A stretch of DNA of 64,000 nucleotides from a virus. Numbering within the stretch: the first letter of the stretch is position 1; every line of letters starts with the position of its first letter. Shown here piece after piece: positions 59,553 through 64,000 of this stretch. The stretch is from positions 16,696 through 80,695 of the IMG/VR virus record IMGVR_UViG_3300010883_000015; one strand, given 5' to 3'. The notes below the pieces were generated by a model. The model was not told where the DNA came from, did no database searches, and saw nothing but the letters and a program-made list of their open reading frames with translations. A program made the translations under genes and the position numbers.

Positions 59553-59584
59553 AAAGGAGGGAGTAATTTCCCTCCTTTTTTTTG
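59553..59584 (+). terminator. intrinsic terminator
   Basis: AAAGGAGGGAG..TTCCCTCCTTT plus T-tract. Confidence 0.9.
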
Positions 59585-59748
59585 ACTACTTGCAATGAAT
59601 GAAACCTTATCTTGTTAATTGTGCAATTTAACTTGCACCAGTTGAAACTTATTGCATATAATTGTATTATATGAATACTCCATATGGTATTCCCTCTGTA
59701 TCGGGATTGTAGAGGATCTTTAAAATAATATGAAACTTTCAGGAGACA

Positions 59749-60507
59749 ATGATGCCAAGGCTATATAAGAAAAACAAGAAGAATCCTACTCCTCGCGAGG
59801 TCGAGTCCTCGGGAATAAAACGTATGAAATGTGAAACCGAAAGGCATCACAGAGCGTTCCTACTCTATGCTATGCAGTCCTTATCTGCTCGCAAGGCATT
59901 GCCTATCAGTCGTATCATGAGTGTGTCTCATACTGCGGTTCAGCAATGGAGGAAAAAGTATCGTTGGGAGTCAAGAGTGACCTCGCAAACAATTGAAGTT
60001 GAGGCGCAGCAATTATACAAGGCTTTGTATGGCGGTACTTATGGGGTTGTAGAGATTAGTCAGATTGAAAAGAATATAGCAACTCCTGTTAGCGCCTCGT
60101 CTCCTGTTTCTCAAAGTGTAGCAGACAGCGTTACTGATGCTATTAAGCAGGCGCAGAGCCAGCCGACTACTGTGCACGGTAAAGAGATGAAGAAGAAGCA
60201 GATGATGATACTAGATGCTGCGATTGGTTATGTTGCGCAAGGTATTAGGGATCAGAGTATCAGGAGGAACATACGCGACCTTCCCGTACTAATTGGTCTG
60301 CGCAATGAGCTAGCTGGTGACGGAGTCAAGGCAGATGGTAGGACAATAATGATCGAGAGTTTGCGAGTTAAGGATGCTAAGGCAAGCGGTGGTAATGTTA
60401 TAGAGGCAATGTTTGAAGATGCACTAGAATTGACATTAATATTAAAGAACTTAAAGGGTAATGAAGCAAGTGCCCAAATACACCCAAAGGAAACAAGTAA
60501 TGAGTAG
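59749..60507 (+). CDS. putative terminase small subunit (N-terminal HTH)
   Basis: RAFLLY..ISRIMSVSHTAVQQWRKKYRWESRV HTH plus helical C-terminus; AGGAG SD. Confidence 0.5.
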   Translation: MMPRLYKKNKKNPTPREVESSGIKRMKCETERHHRAFLLYAMQSLSARKALPISRIMSVSHTAVQQWRKKYRWESRVTSQTIEVEAQQLYKALYGGTYGVVEISQIEKNIATPVSASSPVSQSVADSVTDAIKQAQSQPTTVHGKEMKKKQMMILDAAIGYVAQGIRDQSIRRNIRDLPVLIGLRNELAGDGVKADGRTIMIESLRVKDAKASGGNVIEAMFEDALELTLILKNLKGNEASAQIHPKETSNE

Positions 60508-60892
60508 TAAATTTGAAAAGTTAAGTATCAATTTAGATGCACCGATAATGGAAGAGTTGTTAGTTCGGACTCGTCCTTTGCAGGACCCTAATCAAGATGA
60601 GTGTTTACGCGAGTATCAACTAGGTGGCACACATAGTAATCGTGATGTTAGGCTTATCCTTGATACTGACACCTTAGAGACGTTGCTGTGCATAGCTAGG
60701 ATTAGTCGTACAGGTAGGGTTATTCTGAACCGTGCAGGTATCAAGATGAAGGTTAAGCGAGCCTCAACAGGTCATATATATGAGACGTTACATTTGACTG
60801 GTTTACAGCCTGTTCCTGAGCAAGCACCTACAAGTATAAAGATTCCGACAGATGAGTATTCTGCTCGTGATTGGTTAAAGTGGGGAGGTTAA
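60500..60892 (+). CDS. hypothetical protein
   Basis: AAGGA SD before ATG 60500. Confidence 0.65.
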   Translation: MSSKFEKLSINLDAPIMEELLVRTRPLQDPNQDECLREYQLGGTHSNRDVRLILDTDTLETLLCIARISRTGRVILNRAGIKMKVKRASTGHIYETLHLTGLQPVPEQAPTSIKIPTDEYSARDWLKWGG

Positions 60893-61018
60893 TTACTTGG
60901 TGAAGTATGCGTGTTTTCCGTTTGTAAGAAATGCGCCTAACTTGCACTAAAACTGGACCCAAAAAGCATTTAGTTGCAAAATAATCCATTTAATGCCTTG
61001 AAGTTGCAATTAGGTTGC

Positions 61019-61345
61019 AATTCAGGGTGTTATTGGTTTCAATTAAAAATGTACTGAATTCAGATTGGTTATTCTTTTAATTAAAAACGCAACTGTCCAA
61101 TTCAGGATGGTTTTCTGTTTTATTAAAAACGTAAGTGCCCACTAGCTCTGGTTGCACTGAAACTAATTGGTATTCCAGTATCAGTTTTAGTGATACTAAT
61201 TAGTGCTCCTGATTAGTGATACTAATTAGTGATACTAATAAGGGCCGTAACAAAGTTACATGTTACGATTACTAATTAGTGCTACACGCGTAACGTAACA
61301 ATGTTTCGTAACGTAACAATGTTTCGTGTTACGGAACTAATTAGT
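61019..61345. repeat. complex repeat array A
   Basis: AATTCAG-N19-AAAAAYG at 61019, 61057, 61099; ACTAATTAGT at 61195, 61221, 61271, 61336; 18-bp tandem CGTAACGTAACAATGTTT x2 at 61289-61324. Confidence 0.85.
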
Positions 61346-61638
61346 TGTCCATTTGCTCTACTGGTATGTTTGGATCTGGATCGGTTGTTGTTTGCAAGAT
61401 CAATCTTGAACTGACAGAATGCTATATTTTGTGCTCTTTGTAGCGTGTTAATGCATAGCTTTAAAGCTCTATATCTGCCGTTTATAGCGCTTTATAGCCG
61501 TTTCTATATGTATAGATAGCAAGCAAGACAGATGTTCTAAGATCGATGCACCGATAAAAATGTATGATGTGTGAACTGATGCTCATTACGCTCATGATCG
61601 TCTGAATTGCTGTCAATATATAATTTAACATTCATTTA

Positions 61639-61737
61639 ACATTTGCTTATTATGTCGATACGTAGCGCCTTTTAGACGTTCTCAGTTATATTCCGAAATA
61701 GACTGAATAATCACATATCACATACATGCTTTATAAT
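61639..61737 (+). promoter_or_regulatory. promoter with upstream ACAWTTGCTT-N6-TCGA element and TATAAT box
   Basis: Same architecture as 52952 and 55672. Confidence 0.55.
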
Positions 61738-61778
61738 ATAGATATGCAATTCAGCATATTTTCAAAAAGGAAGACAAA

Positions 61779-62009
61779 ATGTCAGCTATATATCTCTCAA
61801 TACTTTCTGTTCTAGAAGCTCTAGAAGAAACCGGACACGCTACATTCATTAAAGGCGAAGACGGTTGCTCTCAAATCTACGAGATAAACGATCTATGGAT
61901 CAGTTTTGGAGAAAGTGGAATCAATTGCATCGGTGAGAACAAAAAAAATGCAGACGGAAGCTTTCCAGTTCTATGGACATCAGACGTAAAAGGCGGTGAA
62001 GAATGTTAA
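61779..62009 (+). CDS. hypothetical protein
   Basis: AAGGA SD after promoter. Confidence 0.65.
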   Translation: MSAIYLSILSVLEALEETGHATFIKGEDGCSQIYEINDLWISFGESGINCIGENKKNADGSFPVLWTSDVKGGEEC

Positions 62010-62398
62010 AATTATTTATTAATTATCTAAGCGGAGCATATCCAGACATGAAACTGGAATTTAATGACATTGGATGTGTCGCTATTCAGTTTCCAGAAAT
62101 TGAAAAAAATAAAGGCAAAATCTGCTTTGTTGATATGCAGGATGAAGATGAGTCAGTAGCGCTACATTGTATTCATTGGAAGACTGATGGAGATGATCGG
62201 TGGTTTTTTCGGCGTGTTTTTGAATGCGAGTTCAACACAGAAGAACAAATCAAAACTGGAATTGATTTTATGATGGAGTCTGATTCCAGCACTATAACAT
62301 TGGAAGAGTTGTATTCTGGATGCGATACATGCTGGGGTCCTAATAATGAAACGTATCCATCAGGAATATATGATGTTCAGCAAAAAGGAGTTTCGTAA
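62003..62398 (+). CDS. hypothetical protein
   Basis: Overlapping start; acidic. Confidence 0.65.
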   Translation: MLKLFINYLSGAYPDMKLEFNDIGCVAIQFPEIEKNKGKICFVDMQDEDESVALHCIHWKTDGDDRWFFRRVFECEFNTEEQIKTGIDFMMESDSSTITLEELYSGCDTCWGPNNETYPSGIYDVQQKGVS

Positions 62399-62625
62399 TG
62401 TCAACGAATCAGCGCAAAAAAACTAAAATAGCTATCGGAGCTTATTCAGTTTGTATCGATGCAATAGAATATATCATCACTCATGCGAAAGGCATGGACG
62501 ATGTGGTGGACAGAAATGGACACATCTTACAAGAGACAGTTGAGCAATTGCTTCATCAGTATGAATATCTATCAGAAAAAGAAACAGAAACCGTAATATC
62601 ATTCTTTAATGGAGTTTCACAATGA
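62398..62625 (+). CDS. hypothetical protein
   Basis: AAGGAG SD, TAATG coupling. Confidence 0.65.
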   Translation: MSTNQRKKTKIAIGAYSVCIDAIEYIITHAKGMDDVVDRNGHILQETVEQLLHQYEYLSEKETETVISFFNGVSQ

Positions 62626-62993
62626 CAATCAATAAACAAAACATAGAATCAGTTGCAACAGCACATGAGCGTAATTGCTTTATACCAGTATCATATATCG
62701 CATTAGACGGAAGCTATTGGATATTTGAAACTAAGCATTGGAGCGGAGTCACATACAGTGGATCAGCAGAGCGAGCGATTAGTATGATAGAGAACGACTC
62801 TTGCGAACTGTGGCTCTATAAATGGCATGGAACCGATATAAAGATATTGGACTCACTGCTCATATCTACGAAAGGAGCAAGCTTTCCTGATTCTGTCGAT
62901 GATTTTAAATCTGCTCCACTTGTAATACAGAATGAGTATAAGCAATTTATTAAGAATCGAAATAACGAAACTATACAAAAAGTAGGTGCGTAA
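62622..62993 (+). CDS. hypothetical protein
   Basis: GGAG SD, ATGA coupling. Confidence 0.65.
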   Translation: MTINKQNIESVATAHERNCFIPVSYIALDGSYWIFETKHWSGVTYSGSAERAISMIENDSCELWLYKWHGTDIKILDSLLISTKGASFPDSVDDFKSAPLVIQNEYKQFIKNRNNETIQKVGA

Positions 62994-63163
62994 TGGAGAG
63001 AATATCAGAATTAGTGCCGACAGAAGAAGACTCTGTCTTGAACTCGTGCAGAGAGATCGCTCTGTCAGTCTCTTATACGTCAGTCATTCTTCCGATTGCA
63101 TGCTTCGTTGTTTCAGGGTCAATCGCAATCGCATTTCTAATCTTCGCAAAACTATTAATCTAA
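62993..63163 (+). CDS. 56-aa membrane peptide, not in ORF track
   Basis: TAATG coupling; MERISELVPTEEDS...VILPIACFVVSGSIAIAFLIFAKLLI. Confidence 0.6.
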   Translation: MERISELVPTEEDSVLNSCREIALSVSYTSVILPIACFVVSGSIAIAFLIFAKLLI

Positions 63164-63177
63164 TAACAGGAGTGACA

Positions 63178-63345
63178 ATGAATCAATTTATATTTGGAAT
63201 ATCTTTAACCGTGTACATGGCTTGCTTGTATTCTATATGCACCTCATATTCTTACACGGAGCCATTTATCGGGCTTGTTATATCAACAGTGTGTATCATT
63301 GGAACGGGAGTGTTTGCTGTTGTGAGAGACGCTATACAAGACTGA
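63178..63345 (+). CDS. 55-aa two-TM membrane peptide
   Basis: AGGAG SD before ATG 63178; hydrophobic. Confidence 0.6.
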   Translation: MNQFIFGISLTVYMACLYSICTSYSYTEPFIGLVISTVCIIGTGVFAVVRDAIQD

Positions 63346-63353
63346 TATAAGCG

Positions 63354-63930
63354 ATTAATTAGTGTAGCCATTAGCTCGGTTACTTTAATTAATCACAAAG
63401 GAAAACTAATTAGTCAATTCAGATTGATACTGAGATTAAAGAAAAACGTTGAGATCCACTGATCTGGTTAGCACTAATTAGTTTGTTACGATTTGTTACG
63501 ATCAGTTGTTACGATTTGTTACGTTTCACTAATTAGTGTGCTTCGATTTATTGCAATTACTAAATAGTGCGCTTGGAATATTCTACAAATTACTAAATAG
63601 TTTGTTACGATTTGTTACGTTTTACTAATTAGTTTGTTTCGGATATTCTACATTTTACTAAATAGTGTGTTTCGAAATTACTAAATAGTTTGTTTCAGAC
63701 GTTTCGCTAATACTAAAAGTATTAAGTGGAAATAAATAAACAACTAATTAGTAATCCGAAAAGGACTCTGGCTACCGTCTACTAATTAGTAGCGAGACGC
63801 TAGGCACTAGATCAGTTTCTTTAAATATATTTATTTGCAAGTGATTGATTCCGTCGGTGATTATTTGCTTAATTGCTCACACCAGAATTCATACAGCTTT
63901 TAGTTTCTATTAAAAACGTAAATGTCCACT
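63354..63930. repeat. complex repeat array B
   Basis: ACTAAWTAGT at 63405, 63473, 63528, 63559, 63592, 63624, 63657, 63680, 63743, 63781; TTGTTACG x6; 45-bp bipartite element at 63416 and 63886. Confidence 0.9.
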
Positions 63931-64000
63931 GAATTACAGAATCTCGATAGCTAGGGCGGTGTAGACGGAAAGCTCTACGATCTCGTGTCTATCGGCATCA

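Noticed and set aside
61240-61335. parS site for the ParB-like protein
   Set aside because: Only TGTTWC half-sites, no TGTTNCACGTGAAACA palindrome; the ParB-like protein lacks an HTH and no ParA is present.
62986-63177. N-terminal part of the 119-aa ORF 62986..63345
   Set aside because: Better explained by a coupled ORF 62993..63163 in another frame plus an SD-led start at 63178.
63405-63790. CRISPR or mini-CRISPR array
   Set aside because: The repeat is only 10 bp, the spacers are themselves repetitive and variable in length, and there is no cas operon.

Overview
AT-rich segment of a large tailed dsDNA phage with siphovirus-type tail genes; standard genetic code; no integrase, DNA polymerase, capsid or large terminase is visible in the window. 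Layout: 0.1-22.4 kb head-completion and tail module (tail tube, G/GT chaperones with a C-CCT-TTA -1 slippery site, 2210-aa tape measure, tail-tip and fibre proteins), with a 953-aa triple-GT2/TPR glycosyltransferase among the neck genes. 22.5-26.6 kb is a short minus-strand block (HTH, LamG-like protein). 26.7-28.4 kb holds an endolysin-like gene, a DNA MTase and a candidate sRNA carrying an anti-Shine-Dalgarno sequence. 28.5-34.4 kb is recombination/replication. 34.7-45.1 kb is a complete 7-deazaguanine (preQ1-type) DNA-modification pathway (queE, folE, queC, queD, ParB-like, queF, dpdA) with an 8-gene nonulosonic-acid (possibly KDN) synthesis, decoration and transfer cassette nested inside it. 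45.3-59.5 kb holds small early-type genes plus DUF6744-like, MoxR/RavA-like AAA+ and VWA genes. 59.7-64 kb has a terminase-small-like gene followed by two complex non-coding repeat arrays flanking a 6-gene cassette. Best candidates for undescribed biology: (1) a sialic-acid-like glycan system interleaved with deazaguanine DNA modification and possibly linked to the virion-module glycosyltransferase; (2) a three-motif intergenic repeat grammar at about 50.5, 61.1 and 63.6 kb; (3) 11-bp-phased response-regulator-like boxes ahead of most operons; (4) the anti-SD small RNA. All protein family calls come from motif recognition by eye; no database search was run.
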